From an uncultured virus (IMG/VR IMGVR_UViG_3300046519_000369) (Duplodnaviria > Heunggongvirae > Uroviricota > Caudoviricetes), in the IMG/VR virus record IMGVR_UViG_3300046519_000369: a stretch of DNA of 64,000 bases; one strand, given 5' to 3'. The notes beneath the pieces are model-generated. The model ran no database searches and was not told where the DNA came from. It saw only the letters and a list, made by a program, of their open reading frames with translations. The translations under genes and the position numbers were made by a program. Shown here in pieces: positions 1-8,824 of the stretch. Within the stretch, counting starts at the first letter, position 1, and every line of letters starts with the position of its first letter.

Positions 1-2
1 GT

Positions 3-89
3 GCCGTAGTTGACTATTGTGTAGGACCAAGAGGTGGACACTATTGTATTACTAGTGGAGGTAATAAGAGATATAAGCCAAGGTATTAA
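3..89 (+). CDS. 3' end of a gene with a GPRGG-x-Y basic adaptor-type C-terminal motif
   Basis: Frame 3 reads AVVDYCVGPRGGHYCITSGGNKRYKPRY*; truncated by window edge. Confidence 0.6.
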   Translation, partial: AVVDYCVGPRGGHYCITSGGNKRYKPRY

Positions 90-144
90 CAAATTTAGAT
101 TTATTAAATTATTTAAACCTCCTTTTTGGGTGGTTTTTTATTTT

Positions 145-320
145 TATAGGAATCACTTATGGGCAATGATGAATTTCTTAAAAAAGAAAAATTCTTTCTT
201 CTGATAATCAATAGTAAGCCTTATCCGATCAGTGATACTATAAATTTAACACTAACCAAGTTTTTTACTCTTCACTACTAAAATATCATTAAGTTTAAAG
301 CCACCTTTGGGTGGTTTTTC
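145..320 (+). pseudogene. Chimeric remnant: RBS/start of the 36378-type tail gene fused to the 3' end and terminator of the TonB-C moron
   Basis: 145-167 matches 36364-36386; 168-320 matches 40447-40599; mini-ORF 159-281 MGNDEFLKKEKFFLLIINSKPYPISDTINLTLTKFFTLHY. Confidence 0.85.
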
Positions 321-367
321 GTTTTCTGAACTGTTAAATTTTACTCACTATTAAAATGGATAATTTC

Positions 368-784
368 ATGAAAAAGATTATTTTTTTAGGACTAGTTCTG
401 GGTTTAATTGGGTGTTCAACAGCTCCAGTTGGTTCAAATACAGCCAAGCCAGTACCTAATGAGAGAGTATACGATCAGAACTATTTAAAGAAACACACTC
501 CTGAACAAGCAAAAGTTACTTTTTTAAGAGATAAAGGTTTTTTAGGATCTGGCTGTAGTCATGATATGTATGTTAATAACGAGAAAGTATTCTCAATTCG
601 TTCAAATGAAATAGCTACTATTTATCTTGAGCCCAAATATTATATTTTTAGATTAGAAACAGGTGGAGGGATGTGTCCAAATATTGCCACTTCTCAAGAA
701 ACGGAAGTCAAACCAGGGGCGGAGATAGAATATCGAATCCTACTTCCATCTGACTTTAATTTAAGACTAACTCGAATGAAATAA
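368..784 (+). CDS. Lipoprotein (moron-type)
   Basis: MKKIIFLGLVLGLIGC lipobox; followed by terminator at 837-863 resembling the pre-tape-measure terminator at 42424-42448. Confidence 0.8.
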   Translation: MKKIIFLGLVLGLIGCSTAPVGSNTAKPVPNERVYDQNYLKKHTPEQAKVTFLRDKGFLGSGCSHDMYVNNEKVFSIRSNEIATIYLEPKYYIFRLETGGGMCPNIATSQETEVKPGAEIEYRILLPSDFNLRLTRMK

Positions 785-1374
785 AAGCGTAAGAGCCTGC
801 CTCTAAGGCCGTCAAACAATGTTAAATTTTAATTGAACCCACTCATCATTAAGTGGGTTTTTTCTTACTTACTAATAGATTACTCAGTTCACCAAAAATA
901 TTTCTTAAATTATTTTAAAAATATATTATTTAATTGCCTTTATTAAATAATATAGAGATATTAATTTAATTTTCTCAATAATTAATAAGTTTTATAAAAT
1001 AATGAAACTTTAAAAATAATAACTTCTTACCAAGTAAACAACATATCTATATGTAAATTATAGGTATTTTAAAAATTAAATAAATTACATTGTTTTTAAA
1101 TATTTTAGTGATATTTTATTTTTAGGCACATTTACCTATTACCAAGCATAGATATTGTGATTTTTATCATTATAGGTTTGGGATAACCTAAATATCTTTT
1201 GGTAATTTAAACCTAATATTTATTCTTTAGGGAGAAATTATATCTAGCATTTATTTTAAAGTCATTGATTTTAATGCATTTTATTATATTTTTTATTTTA
1301 ATTATTATAGAACTTTTCGAACATATAGAATTATTAGAAAACAATAACTTAAGAAAGGGTTTTGCAGCCCAATC

Positions 1375-2508
1375 TTATGTCATTTCGGCAAATGGTAATT
1401 TAATACCTACATCCACATCATTCCATATAATTTCATGACCAGCTTCATAATGTTCAGTCATTTTCTTACTAGTATGTCCAGCTAATGCCTGAGCAGATTT
1501 CCCCGATTTCTTATGCAAGAAAATAGCAAGAGCTCTAATTTCATGGAAGGTGGGTAATTGTCTTCCTGTTAAGTTTGGATATGCATTTGACTTCTTAACT
1601 GCTTTTAAAAAGTTTGAAGATAAATACTGATTATCAATTTGGGTCCAGTGTTCTTTCTCATATTTTCTCTTTTTACCTTGTTTAATCGGCACACGATGAA
1701 TAATGAAAGGACTCACAATATTATCTTTACAACGGTTTAAAACTTGCTGAAGTTCATTATCAACTTTAATCCTCACATAACCGGCACCTTCAGAAATCTC
1801 AAACTCATCTTCAGGGTTATCAGTGGTTTTCTCCTGAGCAACGTGCAAGTAGCCATCCTGAATATCTGTCCACTTCATTTTCAGGATATCGACGCGTCTC
1901 TGTGTTGTTAACAAGGCCAAGTCAATCGCATTTTGAAGCCATGCAGGAGAGTGCTTACGAACAAGGTCCAATCCTTCTAAAGTATGTCTTCTTCTTTGGC
2001 GCTTCGAATGTTTAGGCATCGTGGCTGTCAGTAAAGGATTATCTGGACATAATCCTTTACTGACAGCCACATTAAACAGATCAATTAAAACTCCACGACA
2101 TCCATTGCTGGATGATGCCGTCATATCATCTAGAAGTTGATTGGCCATAAACAGAGTGATCTGGTCTATTCGTAAATTACCCCATTTCAATTTACAGCGC
2201 TCAAGGTAAGACCTATAACTTTCAATTGTTGTCGCGGCTACTGGCTTACCATCTTTACGTCGTTTATTCGCTAAGTACTCATCTGCAAATTCACCAAAAA
2301 ACACTCCACCCATGACTTTACCAATCAGGTCATCTGACGGGATGAGTAATTCATTGAGTTTTCGAGCTGCTGTAATAGCTTTCGATTTATCAGAACCCAT
2401 TGCATGAAACTTACCAGTTACCGGATGTCGGTAGCGCCATGCACTACCTTCACCGCGATAAAGGTTAGCTGGTAAGTCTTTGTTCTTTGTATTACGAGGT
2501 CTTGCCAT
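1375..2508 (-). CDS. int: Lambda-type tyrosine integrase
   Basis: N-terminal arm-binding region (LPANLY..WRYRHP.TGK), TTQRRVD, FHEIRAL, LAGH...TEHY catalytic residues. Confidence 0.95.
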   Translation of the reverse strand: MARPRNTKNKDLPANLYRGEGSAWRYRHPVTGKFHAMGSDKSKAITAARKLNELLIPSDDLIGKVMGGVFFGEFADEYLANKRRKDGKPVAATTIESYRSYLERCKLKWGNLRIDQITLFMANQLLDDMTASSSNGCRGVLIDLFNVAVSKGLCPDNPLLTATMPKHSKRQRRRHTLEGLDLVRKHSPAWLQNAIDLALLTTQRRVDILKMKWTDIQDGYLHVAQEKTTDNPEDEFEISEGAGYVRIKVDNELQQVLNRCKDNIVSPFIIHRVPIKQGKKRKYEKEHWTQIDNQYLSSNFLKAVKKSNAYPNLTGRQLPTFHEIRALAIFLHKKSGKSAQALAGHTSKKMTEHYEAGHEIIWNDVDVGIKLPFAEMT

Positions 2509-2509
2509 T

Positions 2510-2716
2510 TCAACCTCTTAAAACACGGTCAACAAGTTCATTACCGGTACGCTTTCGGTAAATTTCCCAGTCTATATACCAGATCCTGCCAATTTGTTCG
2601 GCCGGTAACTCACCACGTCGGCAACTACGGGTAATAGTTTGCGGGGCTGGAGGGGTTGCATCCTTGCCGCCATAAACCCGTTTAATAAACTCAGATACTT
2701 TGATTAGACAAGCCAT
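2510..2716 (-). CDS. xis: Excisionase (winged helix)
   Basis: Small basic protein directly upstream of int; GELPAEQIGRIWYI. Confidence 0.8.
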   Translation of the reverse strand: MACLIKVSEFIKRVYGGKDATPPAPQTITRSCRRGELPAEQIGRIWYIDWEIYRKRTGNELVDRVLRG

Positions 2717-2725
2717 AGGTCTTCC

Positions 2726-2869
2726 TTACTTTCTCCAAGTCGCTTCTTTAAATTTCGCCTCATCGACTAAGCTGTCGATTTGAGACGGGTTCACATTATC
2801 GTAGTAATGATTCATCAGGTTGCCGAACACAATTAAAGTTCGGGCTGAGGATGAATAACGGAAGCTCAT
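2726..2869 (-). CDS. Small phage early protein (47 aa, not in ORF track)
   Basis: MSFRYSSSARTLIVFGNLMNHYYDNVNPSQIDSLVDEAKFKEATWRK*; start overlaps upstream stop (ATGA). Confidence 0.65.
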   Translation of the reverse strand: MSFRYSSSARTLIVFGNLMNHYYDNVNPSQIDSLVDEAKFKEATWRK

Positions 2870-3105
2870 ATATATTCCTCCATAGCTTCAAAAGCCTGTT
2901 TACGGGCTGAAGCCTGATTCTTGAGTAAAGAGATATGAGCATCTTTAATTAACTCATTACTCTGCATGACACGTTGTTTAGCGTGGAGGGCAGAGGTCGC
3001 TTCAATACGACCTCTTAGAGTGCCGTTGCCATGTAGTTTGGCAACATATCTAAAGATATAGGTACTTAAGCGCTCCAACCCTCCATGTCCTTTTTTGCCT
3101 TGCAT
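2866..3105 (-). CDS. Phage hypothetical protein (start uncertain)
   Basis: ORF within early-left operon; overlaps the Sak 3' end. Confidence 0.55.
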   Translation of the reverse strand: MQGKKGHGGLERLSTYIFRYVAKLHGNGTLRGRIEATSALHAKQRVMQSNELIKDAHISLLKNQASARKQAFEAMEEYI

Positions 3106-3710
3106 GCCTTTACAATGTGGCTTTCAAAGCTGGTGCCTTTGAAGCGTTTATAGATTGTGCCGAGATCTGCCTCATTCTGTGTATGTTGAATCGTTTGCAG
3201 TGCTTGCTGGAATTCAGCCGTAAGTTGTTGGGCTGCATTAGGCTGTTGCTGGTTCTGTGGTGTTTGCTGCTGTTGAGGTTGAGCTGCCATTTGCTGAGTC
3301 TTTTCTTCCTCAGGTAAGTCTTCACCCGCATAGATATATAAACCTAAACCGTGCACGGCAATTCCTTTAACCAGACAACGCATCATGGCTTTATTGATGT
3401 CAAATGCATTTGGCTTGGTAATCGCTTTATTTCGATGGTCCATCACAGGCAAGAACATATACATGGTTTTACCAAATATGGTGACATCACAATGAACCAT
3501 CATAGATCCATCCGGAAAATACATCGGATCACGGAAAGCCCAGTTTGCTTGTGGATCTATGCGCATGAGTTTGTCCACGGCCCAAGCCCAAGACAGATAT
3601 GACATGTTGTTTTTCTTTTCGATATGTCCAGATACGCTAATCGCTGCTAACTGTTCAAAGTGGTTAGTACTTTCATTATTTAAAACTGCTGGATTAATTG
3701 CTGCATTCAT
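3066..3710 (-). CDS. Sak/DUF1071 single-strand annealing recombinase
   Basis: YLSWAWA, INKAMMRCLVKGIAVHGLGLYIYAGEDLP. Confidence 0.9.
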   Translation of the reverse strand: MNAAINPAVLNNESTNHFEQLAAISVSGHIEKKNNMSYLSWAWAVDKLMRIDPQANWAFRDPMYFPDGSMMVHCDVTIFGKTMYMFLPVMDHRNKAITKPNAFDINKAMMRCLVKGIAVHGLGLYIYAGEDLPEEEKTQQMAAQPQQQQTPQNQQQPNAAQQLTAEFQQALQTIQHTQNEADLGTIYKRFKGTSFESHIVKACKAKKDMEGWSA

Positions 3711-3721
3711 TTTTCTTATCC

Positions 3722-4051
3722 TTATTTTGAACCAGTAAAGCCGCGCTTCTTTTTATAAGCTTTGCGGTCATATGAAGGGATGTGTGAGCCAGCTAAATCC
3801 TTAGCAAGTTGCTTTGAGCGCTGGAAGCTAATCTCATTCATTAAGGCTGCATAAACCTTAGGGCGCTTAGCCTTAAACTCTTCAACATTTAAAGGTGTCT
3901 TTACTTCACTTTTTACGGTGTATAGCACACTGCCATTTGCATTTGCTGCATAAACGGTCCAGCCGATACGCACAGAGTAGAGACCAGTTAAGCGGTCATG
4001 GCCGATATAGGCTTTAATACCATCTGGATGTGGTTTGAATTGAGCATTCAT
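3722..4051 (-). CDS. Phage hypothetical protein
   Basis: Early-left operon; likely start MNAQFKPHPDG. Confidence 0.7.
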   Translation of the reverse strand: MNAQFKPHPDGIKAYIGHDRLTGLYSVRIGWTVYAANANGSVLYTVKSEVKTPLNVEEFKAKRPKVYAALMNEISFQRSKQLAKDLAGSHIPSYDRKAYKKKRGFTGSK

Positions 4052-4053
4052 GA

Positions 4054-4242
4054 TTAGCCTCCCATCATCCAAGATGCTGTAGATACAGCAATCACCCAAA
4101 GGATGCATGAAAGAGCAATAAACTTAATGAAGTCGATTGCGTTAGCTTTAATGGTAGCTAAACGAGAAGGGCGCTGTTCTTCAACAGTAGGGTGTTGATA
4201 TAAGCGTGATGTGGTTTGACTAGGAATAGGGTTTTGTTTCAT
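4054..4242 (-). CDS. Small single-TM phage protein, first gene of the pL operon
   Basis: C-terminal hydrophobic helix; GAGG RBS. Confidence 0.7.
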   Translation of the reverse strand: MKQNPIPSQTTSRLYQHPTVEEQRPSRLATIKANAIDFIKFIALSCILWVIAVSTASWMMGG

Positions 4243-4311
4243 ACTTACCTCGCGTTATGCAAAGCCCCGTCGCCGTCCAAAGTTCCGGGGCTTTTTGTTG
4301 TCTATGAGGTT

Positions 4312-4361
4312 AAGGTAAGTTAACTTACCTAATTAGTCAATAGTTTTGTAGCTAAACTTAC
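4312..4361 (-). promoter_or_regulatory. oL operators and pL
   Basis: Perfect palindrome AGGTAAGTTAACTTACCT 4313-4330; GTAGCTAAACTTAC 4348-4361; minus-strand TTGACT-17-TACCTT overlaps the first operator. Confidence 0.75.
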
Positions 4362-4606
4362 TTTTGTTGTTTGTGATTTGATACTAGACAATACACAATC
4401 TTTTAGTGAAGTTTAGGAGTTAGTTTTTGATTAAAATATTGGAAATTCAAAATATATTAAGATTCCAGCAGTTGATCACATTGAACAACATGAAGATATG
4501 TAGCGCTGCTGGAAGATTGGTTGTTATTGACAATCAAGAGTGGATTGGGAAGCAATTAAAAATTACAGTACCTTAATAGTATTAATTGCTTTTACTAACC
4601 CATAGA

Positions 4607-4888
4607 TTAATTAGAGTTTTTACGATCATGTAACCATTTCAAAACATCTTCAGAGATATTACGAGTAGCCCAACAAGGCATATCTATTTTACATACAAAA
4701 ATCTTATCATCACGATCAATATAACTTAATAAATAATCCCTAATTTCAATTTCACTTTTAGTGGTATCAACAAGCCATTGAGATTTTGTTGGTGTTGCCC
4801 AATACCCAGATACTGATTTAATAGCTTCTATTAATTTTGAATAGTCTTTATCTTTAATCAAATCATAAGTTATCGAATATACAGCCAT
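4607..4888 (-). CDS. Small Cas2-like (ferredoxin-fold) protein
   Basis: YSITYDL...Y..LIEAIK...SQWLV...D.DDKIFV pattern; no CRISPR array nearby. Confidence 0.6.
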   Translation of the reverse strand: MAVYSITYDLIKDKDYSKLIEAIKSVSGYWATPTKSQWLVDTTKSEIEIRDYLLSYIDRDDKIFVCKIDMPCWATRNISEDVLKWLHDRKNSN

Positions 4889-4957
4889 TTTATTTCCTCC
4901 ACCCGAACTATTTATAGATACTGTGTCGGGTCACAGTTATTTTATAATGAATGAAAA

Positions 4958-6199
4958 CTATTTTTTTAATAAACATCTGAAAGACTCAAGAAATGGAATG
5001 TTATAACTTAAACATGAATATTCAGCATTTAAAGTTAAATAAATGATAATAGTGAGTACCGCAGAAAAAGCTACTCCAATTTTAATTTTACTTAAGTTTT
5101 TTCTCTGTTTTTTATAGCGATTATTTATAAATAGATAGTTGTTGTAAATTTCTTGATCCTCTAAAAATAAAGGATTTTTTTCTAACTCTTTTCTGTGGGA
5201 TTCAACTTCATGTTTAATGTTAATTAAAGTATCTTTTTGATTTTCACAAATATAATAAACTGCAATAGCAAAGAATAATGCCCCAAAAAGTATTACACTA
5301 TTAGTCTTTATAGAAAAATCTTTAGCAGTTTTGAAATTTGCAGCAACAATAATTACAGAAGCAGGAATAGTAACAATTTGCATTTGTATATCTGAGAATG
5401 CTTTATTAATTCGTGTAATAGATTCTGTTCTAAATTTTTCTACTTCTCTTTTTACTTTTGAAAATGTAAATTCTGAGATGTAGGTTTCAAAATTATTTTT
5501 AATTACATCATAAATTTTATCAAAATCTTTACAAATTTGATTTATTGAGACTTCATATGAATTTAAATAATAGCTAATTAAGCTATCTTTGATAACTTGT
5601 TTAATAGCATCTTTGTGGATTTGACTATCAATATAGGAGGTTTTAAATGCTAAGATTGATTGTAATTTAACGGAATCTAATATAGTTAAATCATTAATAA
5701 TTGAAAATTTATTTTTCCCTAAAAAAAATAGTTTTTCTTCATTAGAGCTATTTATAGTTTGATGGTCGGATTGTGTTTTAATTAATAGAAAAAGAGTAAC
5801 ACATTTAATATAGTTTTTTATATCCTCATTATCTACTTCATGAATTTGATCAATATGAATAGGTGTATAAATATAGTCAATATTTTGAAAGTAAGTGGGC
5901 TCGGAAATAAGATTATTTCTTAGAGCTGGATGATCATGTAACATCTCTTCTAGAGAAATATTATAAAAACTAGGTAGTTTTAATATAATTTCCCCATCTT
6001 CATCATCATAATTAGGAAATAGTGAAGATGTAGAGGGGATGTGATCCTTTAGCCTTTCTAAAAGATCATTAATTTTGTCTCGATCAGATTTAACAATGAG
6101 ACCTTTAAATGTTCGTCGGGCACTTCGTTCTAAATTATTGATAAGTTTGACTATATCAACATAAATTTTAACGCCCTCTAAGGTGATAGAATCGCTCAT
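4958..6199 (-). CDS. Membrane/coiled-coil protein, partner of the YejK-like gene
   Basis: Three C-terminal hydrophobic segments separated by coiled coil; starts 4 bp after the upstream gene. Confidence 0.75.
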   Translation of the reverse strand: MSDSITLEGVKIYVDIVKLINNLERSARRTFKGLIVKSDRDKINDLLERLKDHIPSTSSLFPNYDDEDGEIILKLPSFYNISLEEMLHDHPALRNNLISEPTYFQNIDYIYTPIHIDQIHEVDNEDIKNYIKCVTLFLLIKTQSDHQTINSSNEEKLFFLGKNKFSIINDLTILDSVKLQSILAFKTSYIDSQIHKDAIKQVIKDSLISYYLNSYEVSINQICKDFDKIYDVIKNNFETYISEFTFSKVKREVEKFRTESITRINKAFSDIQMQIVTIPASVIIVAANFKTAKDFSIKTNSVILFGALFFAIAVYYICENQKDTLINIKHEVESHRKELEKNPLFLEDQEIYNNYLFINNRYKKQRKNLSKIKIGVAFSAVLTIIIYLTLNAEYSCLSYNIPFLESFRCLLKK

Positions 6200-6203
6200 A
6201 GAA

Positions 6204-7247
6204 TCATTCTGGAGAAGGTGGAGCTATTCTTGGTTTATAGCTCTCTATTTCATTTACTATATGACTTGGGATTGATTTAATCAATAATCCTTCATCATTT
6301 AGCACAACCTTTTCATTCAGATCATCATACGTAAAGCTGACTTTTACATCGCCAATATTAAACGAAATTTTTTGTAAAGTTTTAAAGCTTTTTTCACTAG
6401 GTTTGAATGATGAGTCAATAGCTATATTCTTTTCTTTTAAGAAATTCGTAAAATCTTCTGGTACTTCAGCATTAATAGTTCTAGATATGGTTTCTAAATC
6501 AACTTCTAGATCTGAAGTATACTGAGTAGAAAAATAACGATATAAATTTTCTCGGATAGAATCACGTTGAGAGGGAGCATAATTTTTATTATCCATATAA
6601 TCAGTAATAGCTCTTATTACACTCTTAGTATTTTTACTACTGCTTTGATAACCTATACATCCTAAAGCATCTCGAAAATACTCAGTAACATCTTCATTTT
6701 TTTTACCTTTCATAAAAGAAAGACAATTATTTTTTTCATCAACGCCTAAACTAATATTTTCAGACCATTGTTCTATATTTATTCGGGCAGATTCATTCAA
6801 TCTTTTAATATTTAAATATTTTCTTTTCTCAAGAGTTAAGAGGTCACTTAAACCATATCCTTCATCATTCTTGAGCATTATAACCATTAACCACTCTTTT
6901 TCAGAGTGAAGATAATTTAAAATTAAAACAAAACCACCTGTCCCCATTACTGACTTGGATAGTTCTATTTTAATTAACTCACTGACTCCTTTAGAAAAAT
7001 CAACGAAGCTAATAGGAGAAGGAGAATGCTGATTATCTAATAAATCATGAAAGGGTTTACTTTCATCAATATTTCCCCAAATAGGATTATGAGTTCTATA
7101 TGAATCAACAATTTCCTCACAAAATTTTTTAACTATCGGATCTTCATGTGATAAAAGCTCCTCAGCATAGTCGTGTGTAACTGTTTCAATGCCTCGTTCT
7201 TCTGCCTTTTTATCAAGCTGATGAAAAATCACATTTTTAATTTCCAT
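6204..7247 (-). CDS. YejK/NdpA (NA37)-family nucleoid-associated protein homolog
   Basis: IFHQLDK, TGGFVL, MLK...G, ARINI, LSF.KG...EYFRDALGC motifs. Confidence 0.8.
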   Translation of the reverse strand: MEIKNVIFHQLDKKAEERGIETVTHDYAEELLSHEDPIVKKFCEEIVDSYRTHNPIWGNIDESKPFHDLLDNQHSPSPISFVDFSKGVSELIKIELSKSVMGTGGFVLILNYLHSEKEWLMVIMLKNDEGYGLSDLLTLEKRKYLNIKRLNESARINIEQWSENISLGVDEKNNCLSFMKGKKNEDVTEYFRDALGCIGYQSSSKNTKSVIRAITDYMDNKNYAPSQRDSIRENLYRYFSTQYTSDLEVDLETISRTINAEVPEDFTNFLKEKNIAIDSSFKPSEKSFKTLQKISFNIGDVKVSFTYDDLNEKVVLNDEGLLIKSIPSHIVNEIESYKPRIAPPSPE

Positions 7248-7297
7248 AACAGACCCCTCGTAGTTATTGAATCATTTATTAAGTAATTAAGAATTAT

Positions 7298-7945
7298 TTA
7301 GACATCTCTGTATAAACCAACGACTTTTCCAATCAATTTACATCCTTCTCGGAGCGGTATGATCTTTTCATGCCATTTAGGGTTTAAGGGCTCTAAGTAC
7401 ATACCGTTGCTTTCTACAATCAATTTCTTGAAAGTTGCTTCCGTTTCCCCGTCGCATGCAACGATAACCAAATCACCTGTTTTTAAATCACTTATTTGAA
7501 AGTCAGGATTCACATATATTTTGTCACTTGGTCTAAAGTCTGGAGACATTGATTCACCAACCACAATTAAACCATAACCATTTTTGCCACATTTAGGATT
7601 TGGTGGTAACCATTCCTTAAATTCAGTACCCATTGGAACTGAATCGGCAGTAGTCCAAGTTCCTGCTTGTACCCAAGAAATAACAGGTACTAAACGCCCT
7701 GCTATTGGAAATGGTGTAGTTACATTTTTATCTAGTGAATCACTTCCTTTACCACTTAACAGGTAATCAGAAGTAACTCCTAAAATTTGGGCTAATGCCA
7801 TCAAACTATCGTGCTTAGGTAAGTTCTCATCCTTTTCCCAATAAATTACTGATGTTTTAGAAACTCCAATTGCATCAGCAACTTGTTGCTGAGTTAGCTT
7901 TTTAGACTTTCTCAGATTTTTTAAACGAGTACCCAAAGTTTCCAT
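7298..7945 (-). CDS. cI: CI repressor (XRE HTH + S24 peptidase)
   Basis: N-terminal HTH; VQAG cleavage site; GESM serine; TFKKL lysine. Confidence 0.95.
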   Translation of the reverse strand: METLGTRLKNLRKSKKLTQQQVADAIGVSKTSVIYWEKDENLPKHDSLMALAQILGVTSDYLLSGKGSDSLDKNVTTPFPIAGRLVPVISWVQAGTWTTADSVPMGTEFKEWLPPNPKCGKNGYGLIVVGESMSPDFRPSDKIYVNPDFQISDLKTGDLVIVACDGETEATFKKLIVESNGMYLEPLNPKWHEKIIPLREGCKLIGKVVGLYRDV

Positions 7946-7966
7946 AGTTTTTTGCCAGTTCCGTTC

Positions 7967-8030
7967 GTAAGAAATCTTACCATTTGATAAGGTAAGTTTT
8001 ATGTGTTTAACTAAAGGTAAGTAAAGTTAC
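7967..8030. promoter_or_regulatory. oR operators (GTAAG-N4-CTTAC family)
   Basis: GTAAGAAATCTTAC 7967, GTAAGTTTTATGTG 7992, GTAAGTAAAGTTAC 8017; same motif as oL. Confidence 0.75.
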
Positions 8031-8047
8031 TTTTATTGGTAGAATGC

Positions 8048-8233
8048 ATGACCAAAACAGAAGCATTGGCCTTGTTAGAGTGCGGTATTACTGAATTAGC
8101 CTACAAATTAAGTATTAGTACTCAAGCAATTAGCCAGTGGCCAGAAGAAAAAATCCCTTTAGCGCGCGAATATCAAATTCGAGATTTAGCCGAAGGCAAA
8201 GAGCCCTTAAAAAGCAAAGTTGCTGTTGGCTAA
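8048..8233 (+). CDS. cro: Cro-like regulator
   Basis: Divergent from cI; LAYKLSISTQAISQW..IP..R. Confidence 0.85.
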   Translation: MTKTEALALLECGITELAYKLSISTQAISQWPEEKIPLAREYQIRDLAEGKEPLKSKVAVG

Positions 8234-8243
8234 GGACATCAAT

Positions 8244-8507
8244 ATGAGCCTCGAAAAGGAAGACCTTAGATTGAAGATGCTTCCAGACATGATGGAGCGT
8301 TTGAGATTGATCGCGGATGTCCGTGGCAATGAGTATGCGCATCAAGCTGTAATCCTCTTAGAAAAAGCCCTTATGGGTGAATATCATGAAGTTAGCTTAA
8401 TGCTTGAAAGAGCAGATAAAAATAGGCACAAGAGGGAGCGTTTGGGAATACGTAGGAAAGTTGAGGTAAACCCAGAATCACAAATTTTAGAAATGAAAAA
8501 AGCCTGA
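8244..8507 (+). CDS. CII-position regulator
   Basis: Position after cro; ribbon-helix-helix-like N-terminus. Confidence 0.6.
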   Translation: MSLEKEDLRLKMLPDMMERLRLIADVRGNEYAHQAVILLEKALMGEYHEVSLMLERADKNRHKRERLGIRRKVEVNPESQILEMKKA

Positions 8508-8592
8508 TTTCGTGGATCAGGCTTCTATATTCACAAATCTAGGAACCCATGAATATGCAAATTAATTTATCAGAACAACCAATCGAACTCAA
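8496..8592 (-). ncRNA. Putative oop-like antisense RNA with promoter and terminator
   Basis: Minus-strand TTGAGT(8592-8587)-17-TAAATT(8569-8564); hairpin AGCCTGAT/ATCAGGCT plus T-tract overlapping the 3' end of the cII-position gene. Confidence 0.45.
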
Positions 8593-8824
8593 CTCACAGG
8601 AATTTGTAGTAGGTGACATGGTGGTTGTTAATGAACTGGATCATAACCAAATTTTTGAAGTATTTGGATTTTACTACAGCACACCTAAACGACTTTTTGT
8701 TAAGTCAGCATGCGGTAAGCAGTTAGCTCTACCAGTTCAATTCTTCAGATCAGCATCAATTGCTGAATTAGAGACAAAACGTCGATTTAGTGCACAAGAA
8801 TTAGCGCGGGCGGAGGTGTCATGA
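8549..8824 (+). CDS. Phage hypothetical protein
   Basis: F.VGD.VV motif; coupled to dam. Confidence 0.7.
   Translation: MNMQINLSEQPIELNSQEFVVGDMVVVNELDHNQIFEVFGFYYSTPKRLFVKSACGKQLALPVQFFRSASIAELETKRRFSAQELARAEVS

Noticed and set aside
864..1374. attL/attR core repeat; IHF-like sites at 1258-1270 and 60432-60444
   Set aside because: No convincing direct repeat shared with the right end could be found by eye; AT-rich matches are expected by chance.
4607..4888. CRISPR-Cas locus
   Set aside because: No repeat-spacer array and no other cas genes.
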